From Argiope bruennichi (taxonomy: Eukaryota), in contig NC_079163.1 of the NCBI RefSeq assembly GCF_947563725.1, positions 54,758,922-54,822,921 on the forward strand: a stretch of DNA of 64,000 bases, read 5' to 3'. Under the pieces are notes generated by a model. The model saw nothing but the letters and a program-made list of their open reading frames with translations, made no database searches and was not told where the DNA came from. Below are positions 1-14,525 of the stretch, in pieces. Position numbers and translations under genes: made by a program. How positions within the stretch are numbered: position 1 is the stretch's first letter; each line of letters starts with the position of its first letter.

Positions 1-3000
1 AAGAAGATGCTATTGTATTTTATTCACAAATGTTTTATTCATTCATACATCCAACGCTGTATGTAATACTTAGCAAAAGATTTCGCTTTTTTGCTTATTT
101 TATTAATTAAAGATCCCATACAACTTTTTTACAAATCTAATCAGTTCCCATTTGTTGCTTGAAAACGGAATAAAATTTGTCATAACGAGTTTTCCCTCGC
201 CATCACATTTATTTAAAAAGAAAAAATCTTGACCTAAAGCAATACTAAAAAAATACGCTTCGTTTTTCTTTAATTTTAAAAAATTTTCGTCCCTGCCAGC
301 GATTTTTCTTATTAAATTCAGATGTATCCTAAAAATAGCGAAAATCATGCTTTTCGTTAACAAAATTGTAACACGAAAAATGTAATATTAATTAAATAAT
401 TTCATACCGGCTGTAGTCAACAGTACTCCAAATGCTAAGGGTAGTATCCGTCGAAGCAGTACATATTCGATTTTTTCCAGCCGAACATATAAAAGTTATT
501 GCAGACGAATGACTTTTAACACTTCTAATAATCTATAAAATGAAAAAAACATTGACATTTGAACAATCATAAATAATTTATTCAAATATAATTATTTGAC
601 ATTTGATAGTTAAATACTGACAAATGAGTTTGTTATCGCAGTTCGTATTTTGAAAGGAAAAAAATTGACAATTCTTAAAACGAAAAAAGGACACATCAAC
701 AAAAACATGCAAATATATTCACAATTCCCATCTTTAAATATCATTATGATATGCTTTAGTGTAACAATATAATTTAGATTCATTACGTCAACATCATAAA
801 AGAAAGATATTCAGTAAATGTAAAATAAAGATGTGACAAACTTTCATTGCGCTTTCAGATAATTCGGAAATAAGGACCGAGTGAAGAATAATGATCATTT
901 TTTTTTAATTCTTTTCTTCTAGATCTGATATATATATACATGGAAATTATGAATTTCTGAAATTTTATCAATAGTTTTCATTAGTGCTACTTAATGCAAC
1001 TCCACTCAATTAGACTTATTAGACATTTGCAATCAAGAAACAGCCTCTACGTTCTTTTTAACCTTGACTAAAAGATACTCCATCAATAAATTATTAGAGG
1101 TAAAAAAAAAAAAAATAGAAATTCCTGTGAATTTAAATTTAAAGTTTATTCCATTCACCTTCAACAGACAATAAGAGGCCTCCATAACAATCGTTTCGTT
1201 CACCCATAGCTGCCAATGTTTGTGCTTTCCTTTCGCTACTACTAATATTATGAATCTACATATCAAAGGGGGGGGGCTATATTTTACAATACATATATTG
1301 AATATCACTTCATAAGCTATATGATATTAAAATAATATATTATTCCATCAAGACTTGGAGAACTTTAAATGTATAACTGAAAATCTGTAAGAGAAATATT
1401 GATTAGCGAAATGTTAGAATTTTTTGACTGCTTCGGTTAAGATTTCCCTCGCTAACTTATTGAAATCTACCTTATATAGGATCTGCAATTCTATTAATGC
1501 TAAAAACACGGTACTACATAAAATTGAAAAATTACTACTACGATCCCATACTTCAATATTAAAATTGCAAGAGTTAAAATGTGGCAACTTTTATAGTATT
1601 CAATGGTCAAAATTTTATAAATCTTCAATAAAATCTTCAATAAAAAAGGAGTTACAAACCATGTTTACTATACAACTATTTTCTATGCGTACACTCGCCA
1701 AATCTAAATTAAAATCATTACAATAGCTTTTATTAGTTCTTCAAAAGAGAAAAACTTTTTTAACTCTTAGTTGTTATTTTTTGTTGTTTGAAGGATAATG
1801 TTTTGAATGAAACATAAATAGTGTTAACTGTTTCGATCTAAACTTCGGTACTATTCATCATTATTCAAACCAAATATAAAATTAAAAGGACAGAACAAGA
1901 CCAAATTAAATGTTAGCTTGCTAATTCAGAAGCAATTATTTTTTCTCAAATGAGGCAAATTTCAAAGGTAAGGACAAAATCGAAATTTTGAAAGACAACA
2001 AGATTAATAATGCTAAAAATATTATTACTTCATAATTACAGGAAACACAGAAATCTACATGTGCCAAAATGCCAGCTAAGTCTAAAACAACACTTAAAAA
2101 GCTACCATCAAAATTTATTTCAGTAATTTACCCTAAAGAAAAATAATTTCTTCAGAAATCTCTTTTTTATAAGAAACGAAGTATCTTTGTTTCGAAAAGA
2201 AAGATACTTTGGAACAAGAAACGAAGTAACTTAGTTTAAAAACTTGCCCTAAGTAAAATATAATGCGGGAATTAAAAATATTTTTAGAAAATAAGCGATT
2301 GAAGTGTAGCAGTTGAATGTAATTCAGCAAATAGTTTATAAAAAATACTTAAAGAAATTCACATAAATTCTCAACTCGAAGGAAAAACTCATATTAAGAA
2401 ACCCAATATAAAAATAAACCACGGTGTATTATTTATGATGTAGTTAGTGATATTTCTAAAGAACTGTTCTTAAAAAAACTATGCAAGCAAAATGCAATTA
2501 GAAAAGAAGACATTTCGGTGCTCTTTGAATTAAATAGTAAAAACAGTAGCAAATGCCATTAGGTTATTCAAGCAGAAACGACTTTTAACATTTAAATTTT
2601 TGATGAAAAATTTTAAAAAATATATGTAGAATGGTTTCTATTATCTCTTATAGAATTTTTAAGATCTAACAAAGTCACAAATGCAACAGATTCGGGTATA
2701 TTGGCATGAATTGTTCTGATGTGATGTTTACGAATCAACTTCAATGATCATATAAATTTATTATCCTAATTCAGAAAAAATTAAAACTACTTTAATTGAA
2801 TTAAAAAATTGTTTAAGCGCTCTCATGATACAGTATTGATTGTTGGCGATTTCAGTGCAAAAAGCAAAGTTTGGAATGGTAATTTTGAAGTATTTTACTT
2901 GATACTCTCCTTTCAAAAGGACTTGTTTTAAACGACGAAAATTCGCCTCCGACATTTGACTGTTTTCTAGGAAGATAATGAACAGGTATTATCATCAGTG

Positions 3001-4843
3001 ACCCTTGCATTATCAGATAACATATTTCAATGGAAAATTGATTTAGAACCATCATGCAGTGACCATAATAATAAAAGTTTGTCACTGACTGACTATCAAA
3101 ACAAGTTTTGATTGTCAGTGATCTTCGAATGGTAGTTAAAAAATCAGAGGCGAATTACAGAATAAGTATAAATTGGGAAAAAAACAAGAGAATGGATAAT
3201 TTTATGCGAAAATGTAACATCAAGAGAGCCATTTGGAGATCGTTTTTAAGTGCTAAAAATCCAGATAATATATCCTTCTAACTTAGAACAATTAAAAAAA
3301 AAAAAAAAAAACAGACGGTTCTTAGGCAAAATCTCCTAAAGAGGCGATAGACATTTTACTTGAATTTCACTTCCCCTAGGATGGTCAAAATTCTATGCGT
3401 TTGCATGAAAATATTCAAAACAATAGTCGAATTTTTTCAAATTCTTTAGATCATTTTCTTTTTCCAATATTTTAAGTAGAGTATATTAACAATTGAATAA
3501 TTAAAAAGCTTCAGGTCTAGATGGTATTTCAGAAGAAATTATTAAAGAAGCATTTAAGTGTAACAGTAAAATTGTTTTGATCTTTACTATAGATGTCTAC
3601 ACCATGTTAAATTTCCTGCAAAATGGAAAGTCGCATAAGTTATGCTTTGCTCTTAGACACAGACAGCAATGTTATGAAATGAGCTCATTTAATTTTGTTC
3701 ATATTATAAAACTGCTGTCAAGTTAAGTACATGTTTGGAATTTGCTTTTTGATTTTACATAATACTGGCTTTTGTTTCAATATTTTTCTTCACTGTTTCA
3801 GATTGTAAAATTAAAGAAGAAGAAGAAGGGAAAAAAAAAAAAAATCTCGCATTATAGCAGTGTGAGTTTAAACTAGGACTAAAAATAACAGTAGCTGATT
3901 TACTATCAACAGCGCATTTATGCAGGGAAAGAGCAAGGACCGTATATAATGCTTCAGGAAATTTTGTAATGACAATGAAAGCCTAGACGGTAAAGAATCA
4001 ACTAAAGGTTATTATTAAATTAGAATAGCCAGCGAAGCAGTCCAAGTGCTTTCATAAATCACTCACCCACCTATAGTATAATACTTAAACAAACAAGGAC
4101 ATCAATAAAGTTTGGGAAAAGCGAAAAGCAATCTTTCACCATTTAAACTTAGCTTAACCTAACCTGAGCTGGATTTTCGACAATTGCGGTTCGGCTTTAT
4201 GTCAACAGAAGCGTTTTTACTCCCCACCTCTCACTTTGACCGCAGATTAGTTTTAGAGCTTTTGATTTATTTTTCTCCGCTTTCTCTCACAAGCTATTTA
4301 AGGTTTCATTTCCATGTTACATCGACGGGAACGCAACTGGTTTAATGCGTATTTCTTTTCTTTTGTTACAAGACATATGCTTCAAAAATTTTCTAAACAC
4401 GCTTCAAATAATTAAAAATTTGGGCTATTTAAATAAAAGTTTCATTAAATAACTTAAATCAATTGCATTTTATTGCAGCAATGAGCAGAAGGGCCATTGC
4501 AGTTCACTAATCCATAAAATGATCCAATTTATGCCAATGTTCGATTAACAACCAGAAATTCGTAGAAAACTAAGAATATTAAAATGAGTTTTTTAAGTGT
4601 TATCTACATATATATATAACCCTATGCTTCTAAAACAAAATAATTAAAATTCATGTAAGCACATAACATAAATAGGGCTCAAATTAACCAAATTAAGTAC
4701 TTTAATATATCAAATAAACTATATATCATCCTAAAAACGAAATTGGATTGCATGTTGAAAGTGTTTAATCAAAGTTCGAGAAGTGATTTCTACCAAATAA
4801 TCAAATTACTGAGAAAAATGAAATGCTATAAAAATTCTCTTAC

Positions 4844-4939
4844 TTTCTTGGATGCAAAATCTAGAACTTTTAAATAACCATCCTCACTTCCTAATAAGGC
4901 GTGAGATGCTACTTTCTGACAAGAAGCTGAAGTAATGTT
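4844..4939 (-). CDS. NWD1-like gene exon with a WD40-like motif (NITSASCQKVASHALLGSEDGYLKVLDFASKK). The gene probably continues toward or beyond position 1.
   Basis: It has a TTTTAATTTCAG acceptor and a AAA|GTAAGA donor, in phase 0-0. GSEDGYLKVLD resembles the WD-repeat core GSxDGxIKVWD. Confidence 0.5.
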
Positions 4940-5393
4940 CTGAAATTAAAATAAATTTCTGTAGATACACATTCAGAGAAGAGTATAATACATAATATAA
5001 AATTCGTAAAATTTGCTACTACATAATGTATAAAATTCTGTAAAAATTATTGACACCAAGTTTCTTTTTCTTAATGGAAAAAAATAAATGTAAAAATCAG
5101 ACTAAAGATGATGTAAACATTTAATAAACAATTATATAACCTAATGCATTACACTGGAAGTGAAACTCGAATACGCATCAAAAGAAATTTACATTCAATA
5201 GCAATTTCTTGATAACTGACGATTATCAAAGTAGTGAAATTGAGAATTCATTAAGTAAATATTATAATTACGTTATGTAACAAGGAACTTAGAAGTAGAA
5301 TGTTAAGCCAAGCACTGGCTATGCTAAAGAAAATAAAATTATCCACTTTTATTTTGTATTGGATAAATTCAATAACTAATGAGAAAAGGTTTG

Positions 5394-5426
<33 letters not shown>

Positions 5427-6240
5427 CTTCACATATCGCTCAAAATTACAGATTTCATTTCTTTTTCTGCTCAACGATCCCTTCCAGCCTTCACTGTTAA
5501 CTGAAGTCAGAAGATAATTAATTCTGAGAATGTCCACTTTTACTGTCTTCCAAACTTTAAAACATTTTGTTATTAAGAATATCGATGGTTTAAATACTTC
5601 CTTGAATTTAGTACCTTAGACCGCTAATTCAGCATGACCGTTTTAAGCGCCGCAAAACGATACCAATAATATAATCACAAATTATGTTTTTAAATTATAT
5701 TTCAGTCTTTCATCCTCTGTAACCTTATGCTTTTAATGTATTTAACTGGGTTTTACTACGTTTTTTTACATCACTCGAAGCAAAGGCATCTAATCATAAA
5801 TACTAAGCATTTGCAATACCTAAAAGAAAATAATATCTGCAGGCTCAATGAAATATCAGCTGATTACGCTTATTCGAAAAAATAGGAAAATCGTTTCCTT
5901 CCTTTGCAATGAAAGCATCATTTTGAAATTCACTACCGTCACAATTATGCTCACGAGAAGTCATGAATTACCAAGTAAAAGGAAAGGTTCTACCTAGTTT
6001 CAAAATGTGTAAAATCTTACAAATTTACGAGTCTTCAATTTTCAATGTAAAGCTATCGAAAAACATGAACCAAATCAAATTCCGCAAAAACAGGTACATA
6101 TAAAGTCATATTGAATCATACGAATAAATAATATTTTAATATTTTTTTAGCATTATATTGTAAATGGTGCAAAGAAACAAAAGATTAAAAGACAAATAAA
6201 AAAATCAGCAAATTTTTCAAACTAAATAAAGTATTCATAC

Positions 6241-6400
6241 CTTAAAAAATCCTCTCAGAGTTGCAATCCTAGGATCATGGTCAGAAATAGAAAGACACTC
6301 TACAACAGACGATTTATAAACATCATTTTTCTGAAGATTTAATTTCACTAGAGAATCTGATGGCTCATTTAATGCTTGTTGCATAACTAAATCAGGGTAT
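6241..6400 (-). CDS. NWD1-like gene exon (IYPDLVMQQALNEPSDSLVKLNLQKNDVYKSSVVECLSISDHDPRIATLRGFFK).
   Basis: It has a T(11)CATTAG acceptor and a AAG|GTATGA donor, and the phase is consistent. Confidence 0.5.
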
Positions 6401-7465
6401 CTAATGAAAAAAAAAAATCCCGAAGCATTTATAAGAAAATTCTAACCTTGTAATAACGATAATACAATAATTGGATTTAGAGGTTTTAAAGAATACATAT
6501 AGTGATTTAAAAGGGAAATTGGATTTCACGCTGAAAGAAAAATGAGAGTCAACCTTTTTTTTGTAAATTGCTATAAATTACTTCAGCTTTTTAATTTTTT
6601 ATTAGCTTCATTTTAGTATAATTTTGATAATCCAATATTTATTGTATTTTTCGAAGCTTTAGCTACTTTTGCTCAGAGTGCTCTTTCAAATACATAAATT
6701 CAATTAAAGCAATCCATGTTTTGAACTGAAATGCATACAAATAAAATACAAATGAAATCTCCCTTAAAGTTCACAATAAATTCGATTAGTCAAGCTCCGA
6801 TAACATCTAATTCAACTGCCTACCTTCCTCCAAATTATTTCGTGCAAGAAACTGTTTCATGCTTTTAGAAAATTATGAAAATTTTTGATAAATTATAAAT
6901 AAAAAATCAATAAAGAAATATTAAAAATTTTTAGTGGTTAAGAACTAAATTACAGAGATATTTAAATCATAATTATGGACTATAAAATCAAATTTTATAA
7001 TTAAGAATGAAAGTGATGGGATATAAACAAAATATATAGTCATATTTAAGTACTGATAGAACCATTACAAGAAATATCATGATTTATCACAATATTTCTT
7101 ATTAAAAGTACATTTTAATGTATTTACAACAACCAATTTTGATGCAGTAACATCTTAGCTGTAAATAATATCAGTATTTTCATTTTTAAGCTTCACAGCA
7201 TTTTGTCCAAATAATTTTATTTTAATTCTTATGAAATCAAGCTTTAAACATTTTTTAAAACATTAATAAACTAACAAAGTGATTTAAAGATTTAAAGTAC
7301 TATGAGATTAAAAAAAATCCGTGCAATTTTTAACTTATAACAAAAAATACTTTGCAAATAATTTTTCAAAGAAATAATAATACTAAAAAATTAAATTCTA
7401 CTAATATTGCATCACAGGAAGGATTTATATCAACCAAAGGTCAAGAAGAAAAATAACAAACTCAC

Positions 7466-7775
7466 ATTTGAAAAATATGCAAATTCCGCGACACAAAGTC
7501 GTAAAATGATGACAATAAAGGAAAATGAATTTTTCTTAAAGCTTCACTACTTCCTGTTCGACGTTCTTCAAATAGCAACGAATAATATTCTAAAAGTAAG
7601 TCCGATGCTTCCACACTAAAAGCAGTTTCTAGAAATTGGAGACAACACAGATAATCAGCAAGCTCCTGGTAACAGCTTCCATGGAACAAATGAAAAATTA
7701 GTCCTCTAAAGGCTGATCCAGATCGTCCTTTCCAAGTACCATTGTCTTCAAAGTCGCAGGTGATATAATAATATG
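7466..7775 (-). CDS. NWD1-like gene exon (AYYYITCDFEDNGTWKGRSGSAFRGLIFHLFHGSCYQELADYLCCLQFLETAFSVEASDLLLEYYSLLFEERRTGSSEALRKIHFPLLSSFYDFVSRNLHIFQ).
   Basis: It has a TTAAAG acceptor and a AAT|GTGAGT donor. The entry phase matches exon 19289-19398 across an 11.5 kb intron that holds the Tc1 element and the LINE/LTR-RT nest. Confidence 0.45.
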
Positions 7776-8209
7776 CTTTAAAAGTTAAAAATAGTATTAG
7801 ATAAAAATGTGAACTTAAAAATATAATATTAAATACAAAAAGATAAAAAATTTACGACACACCAAAGAAAAATGCATTAAATGAAATGTAATGCCATTAC
7901 TGACTACAAAATCTCTCCAGAAAAATGTTAAGCAACTATTTAAATGCAAGCTTTTGTGTAGATATAAAGCTCGGAAAGGTCTCATTCTCCCTCTCAACTT
8001 TAAACAATCATAAATATTTTCTATAAGTCATCGAAAGTTTTCTTTATAATTGACTATCAATATCACTTTTTAAAATTATAGTTTTATTCTTAACAAGTAT
8101 GTTTTGGTAAGCCCATATATCTATGTGAAATAAACATTTTTAATTGCACCTTTCTTAAATAAAACAAAAAATAATTTTCTTCATTCAGCTAGGTTGCATG
8201 TGTCCGTTG

Positions 8210-10260
8210 AGCTTCGAGAACCTATTCAAAATATCATAACAAACTTTCCTTCTTTATCCCCCTCCCTCCTCAGGGTTCAACGTCTATAGATAAGTACGGA
8301 TGTCCCATTACCAAGGGATCTTTACTCCCATCAAATTTAACCCTCCCCGATACATTCTACTTTTTACTGAGTTTTTTCTATCCCTAGAAGGCACGATGGG
8401 GAGTTTTCCGTGAGAAGCTGTTGCCAATCCGTTTGCTTATTGCTTCTCATGGACAGCCAAAAACCCATATGCTGGCCATGCATGCCAACTTTTTAGATTG
8501 TGGTGCATTGTTAGTCCCTGCTTTATCAATTTGACCGGTATCCTAATTACTTGGTTAGTCTGCTAGGAATCGAGCGAAAGTGTTATTTTCTGGGGCTGAA
8601 GAGTGGTCAAAATTCCTGGAGATGACTCTCAGCGTACAGACTCCATCTAGCACTATGACAAGCGACACGATTGGAGACGTCTACTCCATGGCTCCATGGT
8701 AGGCTGCGCCGTAGGGGCCCAAATTTTTATCTGTCACGTAAGGGTTTTTCTTCTTCCGACGCTGAACCATTCTCCTATTCTACTAGTTTTATTATTCCTT
8801 GGGTTACTAACGGAAAGCACTCTGAAATATCTCTTCTTGCAGTTGAAAAAGAATTGAATGGTATTAGTGGTAATCCTAAATTAGTTAAAAACCTTCGATC
8901 GGGAGATTTACAAACTGAAACAAATTCTCTATTCAAACTACATCCTTTCTGCAAGCAAAATCTTTTTTAAACCATCCCGTTTCTGTAACACTTCACTCAA
9001 CATTAATTTCTGTAGTGGTGTTGTATCTGAAAAGGAAATTCCTGATAATTTTGCCAATCAAGGTGTTATTGCTGTGAAATGTATACTTATATATATATAA
9101 AAAAAGTAAATACTCTTGTTGACACCAATAGTATAATATTAATATTTAATACAAAAAAAAGTCCCGTCCAGCATGAAAGCAAACTGTTAAAGCACGCCTT
9201 CACATATCAAATCCCATTAAGTGGTATAAATGTCAACATTTCGGTCATTCCAAAACTGTTTGTAGATGAACACGAATCTATTCTAGATATGCGATTGCCG
9301 GTCATATTGCAAATGAATGTACGCTAGATGCTTTTTTGTGTAAACAGAAAACGGCCACATTAATCCGATCACTAGACTCTTTCTCTCAATGGGAATTACA
9401 GAAAAATGTACAGGACCTTACGATAAAGAAAAACATATATTACCAAGCTAAAAAAAACTATTGATTCTCGAACAAAAACCCATCTTCTTAAAAGTAATGC
9501 AATAAAATCAGCAAATTTGCAAAGAATAATGACTGAGAAAATGTTACAATAATTGTTTGCCAGTCAATTGACTAAATTAAAACCTATTGCTGTTAAAAAT
9601 TCCCCCATTAAAAGCGCTCTAACATGCACTGAAATTGCGAAATCGCCAGCAAAACATAAAGTTGAAAAGCAAAAAGACAACAAAAACGCCAACCAAGTGA
9701 AGAGTCCAAAGCAACAATAGCTGCTATATATGCTCGAATTTTTGCGGAGCGTAGAACCCAAACTTTGTCAAATCTATCTGTAACACAGGAAGATTTATAA
9801 AAAGAAACAAAATATCTAGACGACTCTGACACTGATCTTATTTTTAATTTTATCCATCTGACGTCGAAATGTCCCTAAGCGACTCCGATGAATCGACAAC
9901 TTCTTAAGAAAAAGGCATAATGTTTTTTTTTTTTCCAATTCTGGCGCTTTGTTTTCAATTTCTTGGTATTGTCGTGGGTTAAAAAATAAGATTTCTGATT
10001 TGACAGACTTCATCAATGTTTAAGCACCAGTTTGTATCGCATTACAAGAAGTTCGTTTAAAAGCAGGCGACGATATTCATACAGCAAGTAACCATATCTT
10101 ACAAAATGATATCAATGATAGAGCTTCAGGTGGAATGACACTGTTAGTCACTAACGATCTTCCATTTAATTTAAATACTAATTTTCAGGCTATTGCTATA
10201 CGAATACATATGAAATCCTTGATAACAATCTGCAGTTTATATTTACCTTCCAATGAATAT
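8210..10260 (+). mobile_element. 5' part of a non-LTR (LINE) retrotransposon: a GC-richer 5' region, an ORF1 with a pre-C2HC-like motif (KNLRSGDLQTET) and degenerate CCHC knuckles (…AIAGHIANEC…), and the start of the ORF2 APE endonuclease (WYCRGLKNKISDLTDFIN..VCIALQEVRLK). It is cut at 10260 by the LTR-RT insertion.
   Basis: These are three-frame translations of 8671-9330 and 9960-10258. ORF 8671..8970 is in the track. Confidence 0.55.
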
Positions 10261-10675
10261 TATCGCAAAAAGAAAATCTACACATAGTCAGCGTGGCTCA
10301 GAGGTAAAGTACGCGCTTGCAACACACGAAGTCAAGGGTTGTAATCCCATCTGAGTCACATTAAGTTAAAGGGTGAACTTTAATTTGAATTTCGTATTAT
10401 TCATTTGTTAATGTTCTAGAACTTGCTATAACCTTCTTTAAACTTCTAGATTATTCTGTAAAGGTATAAATTCTGAGTTCCATAAGCAATGGAATCAATT
10501 CTTAGCCTGCATGTTACGAGTTGCTAAAAACTAATAAAATTGATATTGTGTTACTTTGTGACTTATTATTTTTTGCATCTTCGTGACAAGTTTGGTGGAG
10601 GATAAAACCCTTTAACCGTAGATTCCGGTGATAGTACTCGTTTAAGCCGTCGTTTAAGAGGATTACCACCTGAAT

Positions 10676-11660
10676 TTGGACTATATTTTCCAGAATCAAG
10701 AAAAAGAGCAAAAATGCCCGATGAACGGTACGCAAACGCAACCAACGGTAGTTATGCCCGTGTACCAACATCTAAGGAGCCCATCAATATTTCGGGAAGA
10801 ATCTGGAGAATATCCTAGCAAATGGCTCAAAGAGTACGATCGAGTGGCTAAATTTAACAAATGGGACGAATTGATATGTTTAGCAATTGTTTATTCCTTC
10901 CTCGACGGCACAGAAAAGCAGTGATTTGTTAACCATGAGGATGCCTTGAATTCTTAGGAAACATTTAAAACTGGACTTGCCCAACTTTTAGGTGATCAGC
11001 AGAAATATAAGAAGCCGAGGAACATAAATATCGAGCTCAACGCGTGGGTGAGAGTACGCAGTTCTACATCCAAAGCGTCTTAGGATTTTGCCAAGAGGTA
11101 AACCCCTTGATGCCAGAGAATGAAAAAGTATCACACCTGATGAAAGGAGTGACTGAAGATATCTATCAGGCATTATCAGCAAGAGAGATCACCACGAAAG
11201 CCAATTTTATAAAATGGTGCGACTAAATCGAGGATATGAAGCAAAAGAGGGTCGGAAGACGAAAATTCGAAAGACTTCTCAAGTGGTACCAATGGCCGAT
11301 ATGGACGAAGAACCCGACCTAGTATCCCTAATACGCAGGATTGTGCAGGAAGAAGTCCAGCGGATGATTAGACCAAAATAGGAACTTTCAGATGTACATC
11401 CACAACCATTGGAAGAGATAGTCCAAGAGGAAGTTGAAAAAGTTCTGGCGTCTGTTTCTGCAAGAACAACGGAACGCCGCCAACGCACCTGCCGAACTTA
11501 CGCTGCTATAGCGCAGAATCCTCGGTCCATTCCATTGACAGAACCTAGAAAAACAGACTTATGGAGAACGACTGACAGCAGATCAGTTTGCTTCCATTGT
11601 GGACGTTCAGTACATGTTGTACGTTATTGCAGGGAAAGAAGAGCTATTTTCAATGACTAA
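10676..11660 (+). pseudogene. LTR-RT gag region with a CCHC zinc knuckle (CFHCGRSVHVVRYC), fragmented across frames.
   Basis: ORFs 10676..10924, 11044..11226 and 11409..11660 are capsid-like (…WLKEYDRVAKFNKWDE…). A CX2CX4HX4C motif is present. Confidence 0.55.
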
Positions 11661-11916
11661 AGAGCCCGCAGACAGAATCTCACAGAATTCAATGATTATG
11701 GAACCCGCCGACAGAATCCCACAGAATTTCACCCAAGTAACGAAGAGGATTACCGACGTCAATCCTCACCCAGTTCATCTCGAGGTTGATCTCCAACACA
11801 TCGCCTTATCGCCGATTCAGTCAATCTCCTAGTCGTAGAAAAGAGGAAAACTAAGCGAGGCGATCTTCCTGGGAGGTGAGGCCGCATACGATGAAAATCC
11901 TCCATCTGCCACCAAG

Positions 11917-14525
11917 ATGTCTGGAAACCAAATCGACGTAATGATAGATAACAAGTCGATACGTACTCTTGTGGGTTCTAGGGCATCTTTCGCAGGCATT
12001 TCAAATAAGTATCGCCAACATTTAATGAAAATTATGTTCTCTGATGACAAAAATGTCGTTCTTAAAGTCACCAATGAAAGTTTTGTATGGCCAATGGGTA
12101 AATGCATCCTACGAATTGCCATAAACAACCGAAAATTACCGTTCGAATTTGTAGTTTTGCAGCATTGCAGCCATGACGTTATACTTGGATGGGACTTTCT
12201 AGAAGCCTCTCAAGTAGTCATAGACTATGGTCGGAGTGAGCTGTTTTTTGAAGACGTCTGTCAAGAACACTCAGTGCCGGACACTTGGAAGTTGTATGCT
12301 ATAAAAGGCTGTACTCTGGCTCTACCGTCTTTAACTAGAGTATCAGTATTGGGAGCAGATATTGGTAAGGACTCCAACATACTTGTAGAAGGCAACAGAA
12401 ATTTACTATTCGCAAAGAATACTGCCGTACCTACTACAATCATCTCTTACCATAATAATAGAGGAGAAATCTGGGTCGCCAATACTCATCTTGGAAAACA
12501 GATTATCCCTAAAGGAATGTGCATCAGTCATGCTTAGCATCTAGATGAAAGCAATTTATGCGCAATAACGGATGAATAAGATGGAACCTAACGGAAACCG
12601 AAAAGCGCATAATTCATGAAGAAGTGGGGAAAATGCTTGAGAAAGGTATAGTACAACCATCTGAAAGTCGATGGTCAGCTCCGGTAGTTCTTGTGAAGAA
12701 AAGAGACGACAAATGGCGTTTTTGAGTAGATTATCGTCTATTGAATAAGATCACTAAGAAAGAGGTTTATCCTCTACCTCGGATTGATGATACACTTGAC
12801 TGTCTAAAAGGAGTAAAGTTCTTTTCTTCCAAGGATTTATGATCTGTTTACTGGCCTCAATCAAAAGAAGTGTTTTTTCGGTGCTCGAGAAGTTAGAGTA
12901 CTAGGCCATCTTGTATCCAAAGAAGGAGTCCTGACCGGATCCCGAAAAATTGAGAGTCGTAAGCAATTTTTCAGTTCCGAAAAACGTACATGACGTAAGA
13001 AGCTTTCTGCGTCTCTGTTTTCATACTTCCGAAGATTTATTAAAAGATTTTGTTATCAGGCTGCATCATTGCAACTTCTGTTAAAAGGTAGCACGAAATT
13101 TAAGTGGGGTTCTCAAGAAATGGAAGCGTTTAATGATCTGAAGAAAGCACTTACTTCTGATCCAGTACTAGGAATATACGATGAAAATGCTCCTACGAAA
13201 ATTCATACGGATTCTAGCGGCTACGGCATCGGAACAGTTCTGGTTAAGATCAAGATGAAGTCGAAAAAGTCATAGTATACGCGTCCAGAACCTTGACGAA
13301 AGCAGAAAAAAATTACTCTACCACTGAAATAGAATGTGTTGCCGTGGTATGGGCTATCAACAAATTTCGGCCATATCTTTTATGGAGGCACTTCACTGTT
13401 GTTACAGATCATCATTCACTCTGCTGGCTCATGAGTCTCAAGGATCCTTCATGACGACTCGCCAGGTGGGCACTTCGACTTCAAGAACATGACTTTTCTA
13501 TAACGTACAAAACCGGTAGGAAACATAAGGACGCTGAAACACTCTCTAGAAATCCAGTTAAAGAAGAAACTTCTATATCAGAGGAATTTATTGCGGTCGC
13601 TACTGATATGAACTTAGCCATCGAACAGAAAAAAGATCTAGATCTCGCAAAAATTATTCTTTCTCAGATCACCTCATTTACTATCAAGAAAGAATTTGAA
13701 GCAATTGACGTAATTTTATACAAAAAGAATTTTGATCCGGCAGGAAAAAAATGGTTACCATTCATTCCCAGACATCTACGTACGGACATTTTGAGATATG
13801 ACGCTTCTACTGCTGGGCATCTTGGTTTCGCAAAAACATATGACAGAATCCGAAAAAGATTTTGCTGGTCAAGGAAGTACCATAACATCATTCGATATGT
13901 AACACATTGCCGTGAGTGTCAACGAAGAAAATCTGTTCCTCAACGACCTCCAGGACGCTTGGTTTCCATCCTACCAGCTATGGCATCCTTTCATCGCATT
14001 TCAATCAATATTCTTGGACGATTTCCAAAAACTACCAGTAGAAACAAATGGGTCATCGTCTGTACAGATTATCTGACGCGTTATGCAGTGAAAAAGTCGT
14101 TGCCAACAGCTGAAGCCCCTGAAGTGGATAAGTTTTTGCTTGAAGAAGTTTTATTGAAAACATGGAACTCCTCGAGTAATTATCACTGCCCGTGGGACGG
14201 TCTTCCAGTCGAAACTAGTTTCATCCCTCGTCGAACTGTGTAACATAAGCCATCGCAAGACGACAGTATATCACCCACAGACAAATGGATTGACGGAGCG
14301 CTTTAATAAAACTTAGCTGATATGTTATCCATGTATGTTGATACAGAACATAAAAATTGGGATGAAATCTTACCATTTGTAACGTTTGCGTATAATACTG
14401 CCAAGCAAGAAATCACTGGTTTCACACATTTCTATTTATTGTATGGACAAGAAGCGGAGACAACGCTAGACACAATGTTACCATTCTGTCCTGATGACGT
14501 GGATGACAGTTATATTCAAGGATGA
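11917..14525 (+). pseudogene. LTR-RT pol. It comprises a retropepsin-like region (ends DVILGWDFL), a stop-riddled and shortened RT (…[45 protein letters not shown]…), RNase H ([30 protein letters not shown]…) and an integrase with an HHCC finger and DDE core (ORFs 13608..14243 and 14322..14525).
   Basis: Translation in three frames recovers the canonical gypsy RT, RNase H and IN motifs, with multiple stops and frameshifts. The RT segment is shorter than in intact elements, which suggests an internal deletion. Confidence 0.65.

Noticed and set aside
1033-3085. Several 60-100 aa ORFs in the first 3 kb (e.g. 1033..1308, 1424..1726, 2852..3085)
   Set aside because: They are AT-rich, low-complexity translations with no recognisable domain, splice context or phase link to the NWD1-like exons. 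Further WD40 exons of that gene may lie here, but none could be supported.
5300-5500. 66-aa ORF with a K11 run
   Set aside because: It spans an A(27) homopolymer and is a low-complexity artefact with no splice or codon-usage support.
10275-10345. Genuine tRNA gene (Ala/Cys-like) inside the repeat
   Set aside because: The acceptor stem pairs only 5 of 7, the D-arm is not formable and the T-arm is mutated in one copy. The sequence is duplicated as part of both LTRs. It is treated as a tRNA-derived module and not as a functional tRNA.
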